NCBI RefSeq assembly: GCF_006345805.1
Contig: NC_043001.1
Coordinates: 68,324,001 to 68,388,000 of the forward strand
Length of the DNA: 64,000 nucleotides
Direction: 5' to 3'
Source: Octopus sinensis
Taxonomy: Eukaryota
This document shows, in pieces, positions 1 to 12,701 of the stretch; within the stretch, counting starts at the first letter, position 1; the number at the start of each line of letters is the position of its first letter. The notes below the pieces were generated by a model that was given only the letters and a program-made list of their open reading frames with translations, made no database searches and was not told the origin of the DNA. Made by a program: the position numbers and the translations under genes.

Positions 1-625
1 GTATATACATATGCATATGTGGGCACAGAACGTCACGAAACATAAATAACAAACAATACGAAGTACGGGGATATGGAATAAGGGCTTTTTTGCAAGCAAT
101 GAAAGAAACAAATGGAAAACAAGACAAACAACACACGGAATGACCCTTCATCAGTTGTCGGCTGTTTTTCTCGTCCGTATTTCGAGCAATTCACGACCAG
201 ATACGCCTTCGATAAAACAGTTGCTCTCGTATAGCAAATTAAATAAAATTTACGATCTTGCCGAGGGTCAGGATGGTGATAAAAGCAGGACAGTGGAAAC
301 AAACAGGAAGGGCTGCTAAGCCTAAACGAGGTTGTGGTGGTGAATGCGAAGAAACAAGCCTGGACAGGAGACAGAACAATTCGTCTTCCCTGTCGAGCTG
401 AAACAGGAAGAGAGAAAAAAACACAAGTTAGGAGAGTAGCCGGTGGTCACGTGGATGCCACGTGAGCAAAGGAGGAAGAGTGAGGGAAAGAGAGTGACAC
501 AGAGAGAACTGTGAATGGCAGAGTAAAAGATTTGGGGACAGGATAAGAGAGAAAAAGAGAGACAGGGAGAAGGGGAGGCAAAAGAAAGGAAGAGATAAAA
601 CGAAAGAGTTAAGAACGCTACACAT
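1..625 (-). mobile_element. Interspersed repeat fragment, probable PLE-derived 3' module with a degenerate hammerhead-like motif
   Basis: The reverse complement of 1-200 resembles 50705-50905 (gctcgaaa...gacaa...tgatgaagggtc...gtgacgt.ctgt.cc). The minus strand shows GAGCAA...TTGCTC-GAAA, but the CUGANGA core is decayed. Confidence 0.45.
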
Positions 626-679
626 CTTTTTCCAAGTAAGTTTTATCTATATATACTGAATAAATATACTGAATATATA

Positions 680-723
<44 letters not shown>

Positions 724-724
724 A

Positions 725-765
<41 letters not shown>

Positions 766-775
<10 letters not shown>

Positions 776-1382
776 AAATCCGTTGTGTGTGTGTGTGTGT
801 CTTCTAGGATCTTCCATCCGATTGCGCTCAAATTTGATATGTAGATACAATGGTATCAGGGCGTGTATAAGTCTTGAAAAAATTACAAAAATCGATTCCA
901 GGTGAGAATGCGATCGATAAAGCCGTGGGAACATGCATTTGTACGCGCAAGTACATCAGCTGTTGCGATCGATACTACGCGTACGCGAGAAAAGTGCATC
1001 GTTTTTGTTCTGCTTTTCTTCCGTCAACCTGTACATAACTGCACCTTCCTTTTCTCTTCTTTTTGTACTGCTTAAAGGCACGTTTCTTTCCTGCCAAACT
1101 TACTGTTTAAACCATGTTTGTGTTCTCTCAGTCAACAGTCTTATCATTACTGGTACTTCAAACTCTTTGGTTGCATATTTGTGTGAATAAAATCGTTTTC
1201 TTTGGAATAGAAAAAAAGTATATCTTTATTTCTTCTTTTGCTGGTGTCTCAAATTTAGGTTAAATCAGTGTTTCTCAAAGGGGAGGCCTATGGGACGGTC
1301 GGACAAGTTGTTTTGAGAAAATTTGGTTTAAATGTTTGACAACTCAGCACCGTCCATTGGACGGGGGGGGGCGTTCTGCTCG
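766..1382 (+). mobile_element. Non-autonomous Helitron-like element, copy 1
   Basis: Starts in (TA)n with tatataaaatc and has an internal (TG)n. A subterminal hairpin ccgtcc-att-ggacgg precedes the end CTCG|T, a CTRR variant. A second copy lies at 41299-41732. Confidence 0.65.
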
Positions 1383-1405
1383 TATATATATATATTATAT
1401 ATATA

Positions 1406-1494
<89 letters not shown>

Positions 1495-1625
1495 TAAACA
1501 GTAAAAATAATTACAGACATGGACAAGAACATGAACACCACAGAGACGACACAAGAACCACAGGACGGGACATTCGAAGCCCTCAGTCATCAGTCAAGAA
1601 CCAGATCATCTAGCAATTTCGGCTG

Positions 1626-1658
<33 letters not shown>

Positions 1659-1918
1659 GTATATATATATATAATATATATATATAATATATATATATAT
1701 GTATATATATATATGTATATATATATGTGTGTGTGCAAACATATGTATGTATGCATATGTGCTTGTGTGTTTCTATCATCAAGAACACGAACAGCGACAG
1801 CAACAGTATGAAGAAGATAAATTGAAGGAAATGTCCTTGGCCTTAGGTCTACGAGGATTAACTTCAAACTAAACAACTATAACAATACAGCTAGCAACAA
1901 CAACATGACCATTACAAC

Positions 1919-2226
1919 CAGTGGCAGACTGGGTCTGAAAATATTGGTTGCCAAGAGACTAATGGGGCCCAGCCGCAACTACAAGGGGGCCTACCTGCAA
2001 CTACAATGCTATCATTTAATTTTTGTTTTGTTAAAATTATTCTTTTCAACTGTCTACAAACACAGCCAGGCTGAAATAAATCATTCTTCCAGAAGTGAAT
2101 AAAAAATTCCCAAACTTGAGGAGATGGGCCCTTTAGATACTAATATGGACCCCCATATATGGACTGTAATGGCACAGAGGCCCACTTGCCATTGGGCAAG
2201 CTGGCAACCTGACCAGTCGACCATTG
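1919..2226. mobile_element. hAT-like MITE
   Basis: Imperfect TIRs cagtggcagactgg / ccagtcgaccattg, internal gggccc motifs, and flanking 8-mers attacaac / actacatc (6/8 match, TSD-like). Confidence 0.5.
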
Positions 2227-2479
2227 ACTACATCAACAATACCCAACCACCATCACTAACATCTAAACCAATGCATCCTACATCATCAACGCTATCAACC
2301 CATTAACTTTTGAATTCAATTGGCTACAATAGTCACCATGTGCGCCAACACATATGTGCGTGAATATGTGTGTTTGTCTTTGTGTGTATGTGTCTGTCAG
2401 TTTGTGATGCGTTTGTGCGTGTGTGTGTATGTATGAGTGTCAGCTCTCACAAAGCAAATCTTTTTGGGACCATTTTTTA

Positions 2480-4270
2480 AACTTCATATTTGTTGTGGAT
2501 AAGTAATCGCCTCAACTGATGGATTTTCCTTCAATTTAAGATGTCTAGAAGGAGCGATCAAGTAAACTGAAGGCAGTAATGCGGAAAGGAACCTTAAAGG
2601 GATTACACTGGGTATTAAAATTGATGTTTTTAAAAGACTTGATGCGGAGGTAAAGCTAAGTTTGCAAACATATTGCATTTTGCAACGTCTATAGCGGGAA
2701 CAATATATAACAAAAGAGAGACATTTATGTCATGTGCTCAAGAAGCTACTCCGTTAACTGACCAGGCCTTATTTTTCCATAGATCTAATGTAATGTTGAA
2801 AATGGAACGACACTTGAGTGTATAGATCGAGGGATGTGGTGATAAGATGGCAATAAAAAAATAAATAAAAGGAAAAAATTATACAAAAATAATTGCAGGA
2901 CAAAGATGGTGAAACTTCTAATGAAAATCCTTTTTTTGGCTGGTTTGAAAGGTCTAAGGTCGGCATGAAATTGCACAAAATAAAAAATGACTGGTGAAAA
3001 TGCGAGTGCTGATATAGAGGTTGCTACTAATTATCCCGAGCAGCTGCATATACAATGTTGATGAAACTGCACTTTACTGGAAGCGCATGCCTGCTAGAAT
3101 TTGCACTTCTCGAGAAGAAAAACCAACACCGGGATTTAAAGCTTCCAAAAATTGTCTGGAACTTCTTTTGGGAGGGAATACCACTTATGATGTGAAATTA
3201 AAGCTTCCTACACGTGTATCACTCAGAGAATCTAAAGGCTTTCGAGGGTTAAACAAAGTTTAATCTACCTTTAATTGGGAGTTCAAATAAGAAAGCATGA
3301 ACGACTAAGACCTTTTTCAAAGAGTGATTTACGAACGTCTTGCGGAAGATAGGTACGGTGCCAGACATATTTCCAACAAAGCTTTGTTTCTTGTAGACAA
3401 TTCATCGAACCTTCTTATAATGTGAGAGTAAAATATATTCTCAAGAATACAATTTTTCTCTAACGAATAGATGAAGATGTGATAGCTGACTTCAAGGTAT
3501 ATTATATGAGAACTTTGAAACCGCTTAGGACACTTCAACAAAAAATTTAATACATAGATACTGTGGATAATATAGTTGAATCATGGGATGATATGTAACT
3601 TTCAACTTTGAATATTAGAATTCTCCTCAAGGAGAAAGTCTACATCAAATTTGAAAAGATATGGTGACACTTTCAAAGGATGTAAGATTTAAAAAAATCA
3701 TAGAGAATGATGTGAGTTGGTAGTGTCCTAGAGAAAAAGTTTATCTAACAAGGAGCTGATGTTGTTTGAAAAAGAAACTGAAAATAGAGACGAGACAACA
3801 AAAGTTCATACTACACCACTAAAATTCATTACAAAAATTATTGCTAAAGGGTTGACGTTTATAGAGAAAGGTCGGCAAGTTTTGCTGATAATGACCCTAA
3901 TCGTGAACGTAACAGAAAATTTAGAAGAGTTTACAATGAGCTCAGTCTTTGTACTGCGTCATAAACAACAAACAACTTTGAATAAATTCACTCTTCAAGC
4001 TGATGTTCGTGATGATAAACTGTAATCCCCTAAGTTATTCCTCTTGAAATGCTTTTGCTTCATGTATCTATATACTACCGTGTATGTTTAGAAATAGTCA
4101 TTTTTATGTATAAAGATGATTATGTTGCTTGTTCGAAAAAGTCCGTAGTAACGCAATTTTACTTGATAACATGAAAGTCAATAGGAAAATTAATTTTGCA
4201 TTCCGGAATGTCGCGTTACGCTCAGACTTTCAGGAACGCATTTCTTTAGTAAAGCTAGGAAATTCCTGTA
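2480..4270 (+). mobile_element. Degraded pogo/Tigger DNA transposon
   Basis: ORF 3021-3263 contains IYNVDETALYWKRMP and GFKASKNCLELLLGGN (Tigger/DDE_1 motifs). There are many stops, and a TIR-like end cctg|ta near 4270. Confidence 0.8.
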
Positions 4271-5105
4271 TTTAACAGCAATTTTGTATTATATACCCTA
4301 AGGGAGATAACTAACTTAAAAGTTATTTCCCTTGAAATTACTAAATCATCTCTGGGAATTAATTTCTGCAATTTGCATTTTAGATAATGTAACTGAAAAA
4401 TAGAACATTCCAAAATAAGATTTTAATAAAAGGTTGTCTGCAACTTGGTGTGCAGAGGGATTTAACCTCTTCGTATGTTTAATAAGAATATTACCTTGTG
4501 GGGGAAAAAGGAATCAAAAGCACACCCTATATACGGATCACTTATATCCCATTGAGAGTGCACCATTTATGTATTCATAATATAACCTTTTATTGAGAGT
4601 GCACCATTTATGTATTCATAATATAACCTTTTATCTTTAATCTTTTACTTTTATCATTCAGGGGACTACGGCTATGCTGGAGCACCGCGTTCAACGAATC
4701 GATTCTGGTACTTATTTTTTAGAACTTGATATTTATTCGGTCGGTCTGTTGCTAAACAGATAAGTGTCGAGGACATAAACGAACAAATACTGGTTGAAAA
4801 CCAATGGTGGAGGGGACACACACACACACACAATCTTTCATGTTATTTTATTCCTCTCTCTTCGGTCCGTTTTTCATGCTTGCCCTTTCAGAAACGAACT
4901 GTTCCTCTTGTTTTTATCCATGTATATAAGCGCTTCAGCAAAAAGAGATCGCTGAAGGCTGAAAAAATGATACATGGGTTGATTCGTTCGACTCAACACT
5001 TTAAGGGTGTGCCACAGCATGACCTCAGTCATGTATGGTTATATATATAAATTGATATGTCTGATATGTGTATGTATAAATATAAATATGCATATAAATA
5101 CATAT

Positions 5106-5174
<69 letters not shown>

Positions 5175-5205
5175 CATATATGTATGTGTGCGTGTGTGTG
5201 GATAA

Positions 5206-5250
<45 letters not shown>

Positions 5251-5487
5251 TATGTATATATAGATATATACATATATATACACAAATATACATATATATA
5301 TAATTATACATACATACATATATATATATATGTGGTGTGTGTGTGTGTGTGTAAGATACATATATATATATAGATATGTATATAGATACATACATATATA
5401 CACATATATGCATATACATATATATATATATATACACATATTACATATTACACATATATACATACTCACACACGCACACACCACATA

Positions 5488-5518
<31 letters not shown>

Positions 5519-5519
5519 T

Positions 5520-5744
5520 TTTCTTTACCACCCACAATGGGCTAAACACAGAGAGGACAAACAGGACAGACAAACGGATTAAGTCGATTACATCGACCCT
5601 AGTGCGTAACTGGTACTACTTATTTATCGACACCGAAAGGATGAAAGGCCACAGTTGATCCCGGCGGATATTTGAACCCAGAACGTAACGGCGGACGAAA
5701 TACGGCTACGCATTTCGCCGGAGTGCTAACGTCTCTGCCAAGCT

Positions 5745-5748
<4 letters not shown>
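5520..5748 (-). mobile_element. SINE family A fragment
   Basis: Shares the core tcgaccccgaaaggatgaaaggcaaagtcgacctcggcggaatttgaactcagaacgt with at least 6 other copies in the window. Confidence 0.8.
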
Positions 5749-5789
<41 letters not shown>

Positions 5790-5941
5790 ATATATATATA
5801 TAATATATATATATATGTAATATATATATATATATTATATATATAATATATATAGTTATATATATATATTAATATATATATATATATATGTATATATATT
5901 ATAATATATATATATATATATATATTATATAAATATATATA

Positions 5942-5985
<44 letters not shown>

Positions 5986-6034
5986 ATATATATATATATA
6001 TAATATATATATTTATGTATATATATATATAAAA

Positions 6035-6367
6035 AAATAAAGACCCCCTTCGGTCATGAATACCATGGGATTGCACCTAGAAAGTTGCCCTCCTAGAAAC
6101 AAGTCTGGGCAAGGTTGTTTATGGAAGGCCAGCAGTCACCCATGCATACCGGCCTCCCCTCTCCACGCCACCAGTGTTATCCAAGGGAAAGACAAGGTCG
6201 ATACAGCTTGGCACCAGTGACGTCGCAAAACTCATTTCTACAGCTGAGTGAACTGGAGCAACGTGAAATAAAGTGCTTTGCTCAAGAACACAACACGCAG
6301 CCCGGTCCGGGATTCGAGCTCACAACCTCACGATCGTAAGCTCGATGCTCTAACCACTGAGCATGCG

Positions 6368-6369
<2 letters not shown>
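6035..6369 (-). mobile_element. tRNA-derived SINE family C, full-length-like
   Basis: The minus strand begins ggcgcatgctcagtggttagagc (A box) and continues to gagctcgaatcccgg (B box). It is embedded in (TA)n. Confidence 0.8.
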
Positions 6370-6429
<60 letters not shown>

Positions 6430-6499
6430 AGTTATATATATAATATATATATATATGTATATATGTATATATAAATGTATATATATATATATATATATG

Positions 6500-6542
<43 letters not shown>

Positions 6543-6580
6543 ATATATATAGTATATAATATTAGATATATAATATATAT

Positions 6581-6653
<73 letters not shown>

Positions 6654-6658
6654 ATATA

Positions 6659-6696
<38 letters not shown>

Positions 6697-6727
6697 ATAT
6701 AGATACATATATATATATACCTATATA

Positions 6728-6779
<52 letters not shown>

Positions 6780-7315
6780 CATATATATACATATAATATA
6801 TATATATTCTATATATATATATAATATATATATATATACATATATATATATACATATATATATTACATATATATATCCATACATATTGAAGCTCTCCTTT
6901 CTGGTTCACATCCACAGACTAGTTTAATATACTCCACACACACACCCCACATAGCCCCTACGCACACACACATACACACACGCACATGCACACACATACA
7001 CACACACATAACACACACACACACAGCATATACATACACGCACACACGTACATACGCATGCGCACACATACTTGAAACTGCCAGTCAAACACCTTTCTAC
7101 TGATCATTCCTCTACGCATATGCGAAGAGATACACAACTACACAAAAAGACAGTCACAGCTGCTACCGTGCTATTGTATTCTTCCTACAACATTTTAAGC
7201 GACACAAATTTCACTCACACATACACATATAAACAGCCAAAACGACACACTCGCCATACACACAACACTTAGAACACAAATGCGCACACACACGTGCTAT
7301 TACACACACACGTGC

Positions 7316-7353
<38 letters not shown>

Positions 7354-7379
7354 ACACAGACTTGCGCGCATGCACACAT

Positions 7380-7650
7380 ACCTCCTTCCCTGACACTCCC
7401 CTGTCTTAGAAAGAATGTTTTATTCACCCATTCCCTTCCGGTCATTTCAAAATGTAACCGCATGTGAATCGTTGGCGATTTTTTTCCTCCGTCTTCCTTT
7501 CTATTGGACTTTCCTCTGTTACCAAAGAAGAGCGTTGCTCGAAACGTTAAACAATTTTCTTTCCTTCCCTCAGCGTCTGCTAATACTTTACATGAACCAT
7601 GTCCTCGCATTGTTGTGTTTTTTGTTTCGATTTACTATCATTATTAATAA
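7380..7650 (+). mobile_element. PLE 3'-end module with degenerate minimal hammerhead
   Basis: gaagagcgttgctcgaaacgtt near 7527-7548. The downstream tract resembles 11220-11350 and 37350-37480. Confidence 0.5.
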
Positions 7651-8141
7651 TACATATATATATTATTAATGATAATAATATGACACTCGCATGGAACACA
7701 TGCATGCACCCCACACACCTACATGTATACATATATATGCATTCATACACATGTACACATATACATATCCGCACACACGCACACACAAGTATATATACCC
7801 ATACGCGCACAATTATGTTCATATACATGTCTCTATACGCACACGCAAAATATGCAGGGTTGAAGGTAATGTACAGAAAAAATATATAAAAATATATATA
7901 AAAATATGTAAAAATATAAAAAAATATATGTAAGAAATGAAAAGCGTGTACGTGGACACAATATAAAAAGCAGGTTCTACCTGTGATCTGTGTACGTGCG
8001 CGTGTGTGCACGTATGTACATGCGCGCACACGCGGATTCTATGAGCGTGGGTTTACCTTCTTTGAGTATTTTTACTATCACTTTCTATTCGGGTAACTTC
8101 CTTTTATTTAACGGTCATTTTCATAGCATTTTTATTTGTCT

Positions 8142-8204
8142 TAATAACTGAAGAGATGCCGGAGCAGAATTCCGCCCCGACATCCGAAACTCTGAGTTTT
8201 ATTA
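8142..8204 (+). ncRNA. Type I hammerhead ribozyme
   Basis: TAATAA-CTGAAGA-GATGCCGG...CCGACATC-C-GAAA-CTC-T-GAG-TT^TTATTA. Stems I, II and III all pair, with a GUU cleavage triplet. Confidence 0.8.
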
Positions 8205-8362
8205 TGGCAACCGACTCTAATTGTCACATATTATATATATATATATATATATATAATATGTGACAAAACGAGGACATTTGAAATAGTAACCGCGAGTTTA
8301 CAAGTCTGACTTTGTGCGGACGTCCTAGTATGCAGTCCTGCAAATTCTATTCATCTGGACGG

Positions 8363-8434
8363 TCGCACCGATGATCTACGGACATTTACGTAAGTAAAAT
8401 TACGTAATATATTAATAGTGAAACATGTATGTGA
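8363..8434 (+). ncRNA. Type I hammerhead ribozyme, CCGAUGA core variant with long stem II
   Basis: TCGCA-CCGATGA-TCTA...TTACGTAA...TTACGTAA...TAG-T-GAAA-CATG-TA^TGTGA. Stem III is palindromic (ACATGT). Confidence 0.7.
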
Positions 8435-8689
8435 ATAATCCATATTTTTATTGCTTTTTCTTTTGTCTTCCTCGATTACGTTTTGGTCGTTTTGCTAAAT
8501 TTTTCTTGAGAACATTTCTTAGTGGTAAGACCATAGCGGATCTATTTCTAGCATAAGGGTGTCCACATAATGGTTTCCCTCTAATATGTATATAATACAA
8601 TTTCACTGAGCCTTCAGTTTTTTATATGCTAGACCACTGATGTGAAATCGATGTTAATTTAATTAATATCTAATTTCTCACACTCATTA

Positions 8690-8844
8690 TATATTACGGA
8701 GATGTACTTGCATAGCCAGTGACTTGATCGGAGATCGTGTGCTAGAACGAAAACAATTGCAGCGTGGAAGGTGTTTATAAGCCATTTAAGAAACACACAA
8801 AAACCGTTAGGTTCACTTCAACATTTAAACACCTTCCACGCTGC

Positions 8845-8849
<5 letters not shown>
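8690..8849. repeat. Short repeat fragment with a 23-bp inverted repeat
   Basis: aattgcagcgtggaaggtgttta (about 8755) is inverted at taaacaccttccacgctgcaatt (about 8826). The fragment ends in (TA)n. Confidence 0.6.
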
Positions 8850-8907
<58 letters not shown>

Positions 8908-9144
8908 TAAGGGTAGAAATTGATATTTATCAATTAAGACCAGTGGTCTAGCCATATAAAAAAGAATCCGAAGATTAAAATATTTATATATACCAATTAA
9001 GGACTGAACAAAAAGAGTGGACAGTCAACATGCTAGATATGACGTCAAATCGCCATTCACCACAAAAGATTATGTTCTCAGATCAAACTCAACACAAACC
9101 CCTAGCAATAAACAAGTGAAAAATATACGAAATAAAATAATTAC

Positions 9145-9210
9145 CCATGTACTAAATTAGTTTCAGCCTGTTATTTTCCGCAAGGAAAACTGCAGCCATC
9201 ATCAGCATGG
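9145..9210 (-). ncRNA. Type I hammerhead ribozyme
   Basis: Reverse complement: CCATG-CTGATGA-TGGCTG...TTTTCC-TTGC-GGAAAA...CAGGCT-GAAA-CTAATTTAG-TA^CATGG. Confidence 0.85.
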
Positions 9211-9797
9211 TCCGTTATAAATGTAATTTGCTGGACTAGATGAACACGATACCGAAATATCGCGTGTATGGAGTTCAGCCTATTACATTTGAATATATCT
9301 TTCAAATGCCTTTACTTTGGCGCGTTGGAGCCCGAGAAAACTAGCCTGCAGCTAATAATTAGCAGCAGTTAATTTATCGGTTAGAGAACATGTTTATTGC
9401 TATGGTTTTGTGTTGAGTTTGATCTGAGAACATAATCTTTTGTGGTGAATGGCGATTTGACGTCTATATCTAGCATGTTGACTGTCCACTTTTCGTGTTC
9501 AGTCCTTAATTGGTATATATAAATATTTTAATCTTCGGATTCTTTTTTAATATGCTAGACCACTGGTCTTAATTGATAAATATCAATTTCTACCCTTAAT
9601 TAATTTTATTAAATAAATATGTTCTCTAACCGATAAATTAACTGCTGCTAATTATTAGCTGCAGGCTAGTTTTCTCGGGCTCAACGCGCCAAGTAAAGGC
9701 ATTTGAAAGATATATTCAAAGTAATAGGCTGAACTCCATGCACGCGATATTTCGGATCGTGTTTGCATCTAGTCCAGCAAATTACATTTATAACGGA

Positions 9798-9862
9798 CCA
9801 TGCTGATGATGGCTGCAGTTTTCCTTGCGGAAAATAACAGCTGAAACTAATTTAGTACATGG
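9798..9862 (+). ncRNA. Type I hammerhead ribozyme
   Basis: CCATG-CTGATGA-TGGCTGCAGTTTTCCTTGCGGAAAATAACAGCT-GAAA-CTAATTTAG-TA^CATGG, with a GUA triplet. Confidence 0.88.
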
Positions 9863-10299
9863 GTAATTATTTTATTTCGTATATTTTTCACTTGTTTATT
9901 GCTATGGTTTTGTGTTGAGTTGATCTGAGAACATAATCTTTTGTGGTGAATGGCGATTTGACGTCTATATCTAGCAGTGTTGACTGTCCCTTTTCGTGTT
10001 CAGTCCTTAATTGGTATATATAATATTTTAATCTTCGGATTCTTTTTTAATATGCTAGACCACTGGTCTTAATTGATAAATATCATTTCTACCCTTAATT
10101 AATTTATATAAATAAATATGTTCTCTAACCGATAAATTAACTGCTGCTAATTATTAGCTGCAGGCTAGTTTTCTCGGGCTCAACGCGCCAAAGTAAAGGC
10201 ATTTGAAAGATATATTCAAATGTAATAGGCTGAACTCCATGCACGCGATATTTCGGTATCGTGTTTGCATCTAGTCCAGCAAATTACATTTATAACGGA

Positions 10300-10364
10300 C
10301 CATGCTGATGATGGCTGCAGTTTTCCTTGCGGAAAATAACAGCTGAAACTAATTTAGTACATGG
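10300..10364 (+). ncRNA. Type I hammerhead ribozyme, tandem copy
   Basis: Same sequence as 9798-9862, about 502 bp downstream. Confidence 0.88.
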
Positions 10365-11221
10365 GTAATTATTTTATTTCGTATATTTTTCACTTGTTTA
10401 TTGCTATGGTTTTGTGTTGAGTTTGATCTGAGAACATAATCTTGTGGTGAAATTGGCGATTTGACGTCTATATCTAGCATGTTGACTGTCCACGTTTCGT
10501 GTTCAGTCCTTAATTGGTAATATATATATATATACTGGTTCTCCACGCCTGTCCGCCGGGACCACTCTTCCATCTTTCCCTCAGCTGCAGTTTTTTTCTT
10601 TCCCTTAATACCCCCCCCCTTTTTGTACACACACGCACACACATGCACACACCCACTCACACACACACTTTTGCATACGCACACGCACACACCCACTCAC
10701 ACACACATTTGCATATACATATACATTACACTTACACACACGTCAAATTTACTTGCCATACATACAACTACGCACACTGGACACACACACACTACCACTC
10801 AACACACACACTGGCACGTTACATACGCCCCCACCCCTTCCCCCTTCCCTTCTTCCCTTCTTCCCTCCTTCCTCCTTTTTTACCACTGACCACTCACTTG
10901 AGACTTGCTATGTCAACTACTGTTCGCCCTACCAAACACACTTACATACAGACGCACGCACTAACATATACATATATTTTTTGTTTTTTTATCTCGCCTC
11001 ACACACACATACACACACGCACACGCACACACTCACACATACATACACATCATTTTTTGTTACCAACCTTCCTGTCTCCACTCTTTTGGCTTTAAAAACC
11101 TACTTTGCCCTTGTTTTCCAAAACTTCCGGTCTTTCACATGTGTACCTCGTAAACACCAGTCGCGTTTTTTTCCCCTCTTTCGCCCAACTCGGATCTTTC
11201 TTCTTTCTCTTCCTTCTCTAT

Positions 11222-11256
11222 GTTTCCGACGAAGAGCTCCGCTCGAAACGTCATAC
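11222..11256 (+). ncRNA. Minimal hammerhead (CCGACGA variant) in a PLE 3' module spanning about 11060-11352
   Basis: GTTT-CCGACGA-AGAGC-TCC-GCTC-GAAA-CG-TC^ATAC. Stem I has one mismatch and stem III is reduced to ACGT. Confidence 0.6.
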
Positions 11257-11355
11257 CCTCCTTCTTCCATTTTCCTGAGCGCCTAATAATAATAATACTG
11301 TAATTGTTCCACGTGTTGTTGTTTTTTTCTGTTTTCCCGTTTGGATTAACCTATA

Positions 11356-11396
<41 letters not shown>

Positions 11397-11472
11397 ACAA
11401 TTCTTAACAATAAATTATTTTTGAACTGCATGTCGGGTAAGAAAAGTATTTCGGAATAAATTTAACAATTGA

Positions 11473-11528
11473 GTTCTGCTGAGGATCATAAGACGTAAGT
11501 TAAATGTGAAATCATGGTGATACAGAAC
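11473..11528 (+). ncRNA. Type I hammerhead ribozyme
   Basis: GTTCTG-CTGAGGA-TCAT...ATGT-GAAA-TCATGGTGA-TA^CAGAAC, with a 6-bp stem I and an AUA triplet. Confidence 0.8.
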
Positions 11529-11950
11529 TAAATTCATTTTTTAAATGTCTTGCTTTGAAGAGCTGCATTTAGGTATGATTAGTGTAATTTTGGTAGTAAT
11601 GACTTTGTCCCTCTTAGTGTGAGGCATTTATGTGTAATAATGCCCTCTATACAATATAGATATAATTAATTTGTTCAAAAGAAAAAAATTATTTTCGAAT
11701 TCTTTTCTTTTATGAGGTTTTCACGCTAACTACCTGATAATTTCTTTTTAAGATTCCTTATTAAGAGGTTATCCTCAATTGTTAAATTTATTCCGAAATA
11801 CTTTTCTTACCCGACATGCAGTTCGAAAAAGCCCGCCATTTACCGGATATATGATTTATAAACATTCCATGTGCTTGGCCGGAGTGAATAGATGTCTGTT
11901 CGTCTTCGCTAGGTAAGGTTGGTGGTTTATTTATGATGTGTTCAGAATCA

Positions 11951-12006
11951 GTTCTGCTGAGGATCATAAGACGTAAGTTAAATGTGAAATCACGGTGATA
12001 CAGAAC
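11951..12006 (+). ncRNA. Type I hammerhead ribozyme, tandem copy
   Basis: GTTCTG-CTGAGGA-TCAT...ATGT-GAAA-TCACGGTGA-TA^CAGAAC. Confidence 0.82.
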
Positions 12007-12454
12007 TAAATTCATTTTTTAAATGTCTTGCTTTTGAAGCTGCATTAGGTATGATTAGTGTATTTTTGGTAGTAATGACTTTGTCCCTCTTAGTGTGAGG
12101 CATTTATGTGTAATAATGCCCTCTATACAATATATATATATATATATATACATACATATGTCTGTAAGTATCTATGTAAGTATCTATGTTTGTATGTATG
12201 CACGCTTATTTGTGTACGTTTGTGTGTGTGATTGTCTCATTGCCTTGACATAGGGCAATAGTTTCAAGCAAGTGACAATTTCAGGCAAGAAGTGTTCTTT
12301 GTTTTCATGCACCATTTTCTCTCATTAATAGAACTGTCAGCATTTCTGATGACATACATATGCAGTTATATATATATATGTGTGTTTGTGTGTGTGTGTG
12401 TGTGTGTGTATGGTATGTATGTATGTATGTGTGTATGTGTGTGTGTGTATATAT

Positions 12455-12652
12455 TACTTGTTTCACTCACTAGACTGCGGCCATGCTCGAACATCGCCTT
12501 GAGTTTTCGGTCGAATGAATCGACTCCACTACTTATATTTTTAACTGTTGTTCTTATTCTATCATTAAGTTACGGCGACCAAACACACCAACGCTGGATG
12601 TGAAGCGATGATGGTGGGGTCAAATATAAAGACACACACACATACACAGACA

Positions 12653-12701
<49 letters not shown>

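Larger units (their letters stand above)
8899..10518. mobile_element. About 500-bp hammerhead-bearing unit: one inverted copy (8899-9391) plus about 2.25 tandem copies (9391-10518); retrozyme or non-autonomous PLE
   Basis: gttctctaac recurs at 9621 and 10120. The segment 8899-9391 is the reverse complement of the unit. There is one hammerhead per unit, and both flanks are (TA)n. Confidence 0.85.
11394..12132 (+). mobile_element. 478-bp hammerhead-bearing unit with partial tandem copy and 5' inversion
   Basis: 11473-11656 repeats at 11951-12132. The segment 11418-11473 is the reverse complement of 11774-11829. Both flanks are (TA)n. Confidence 0.82.

Noticed and set aside
1560-1626. Minus-strand CGAAAT...CTGATGA...CGAA motif
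   Set aside because: The helices could not be closed convincingly, and the fragment is truncated by (TA)n.
6290-6369. tRNA-like sequence
   Set aside because: It is a SINE head with A/B boxes continuing into a repeat body, not a tRNA gene.
5007-7069. Numerous YI, HT, CV and MYVC-rich ORFs here and throughout the window
   Set aside because: Translations of (TA)n, (CA)n, (CATA)n and (CTAT)n microsatellites.
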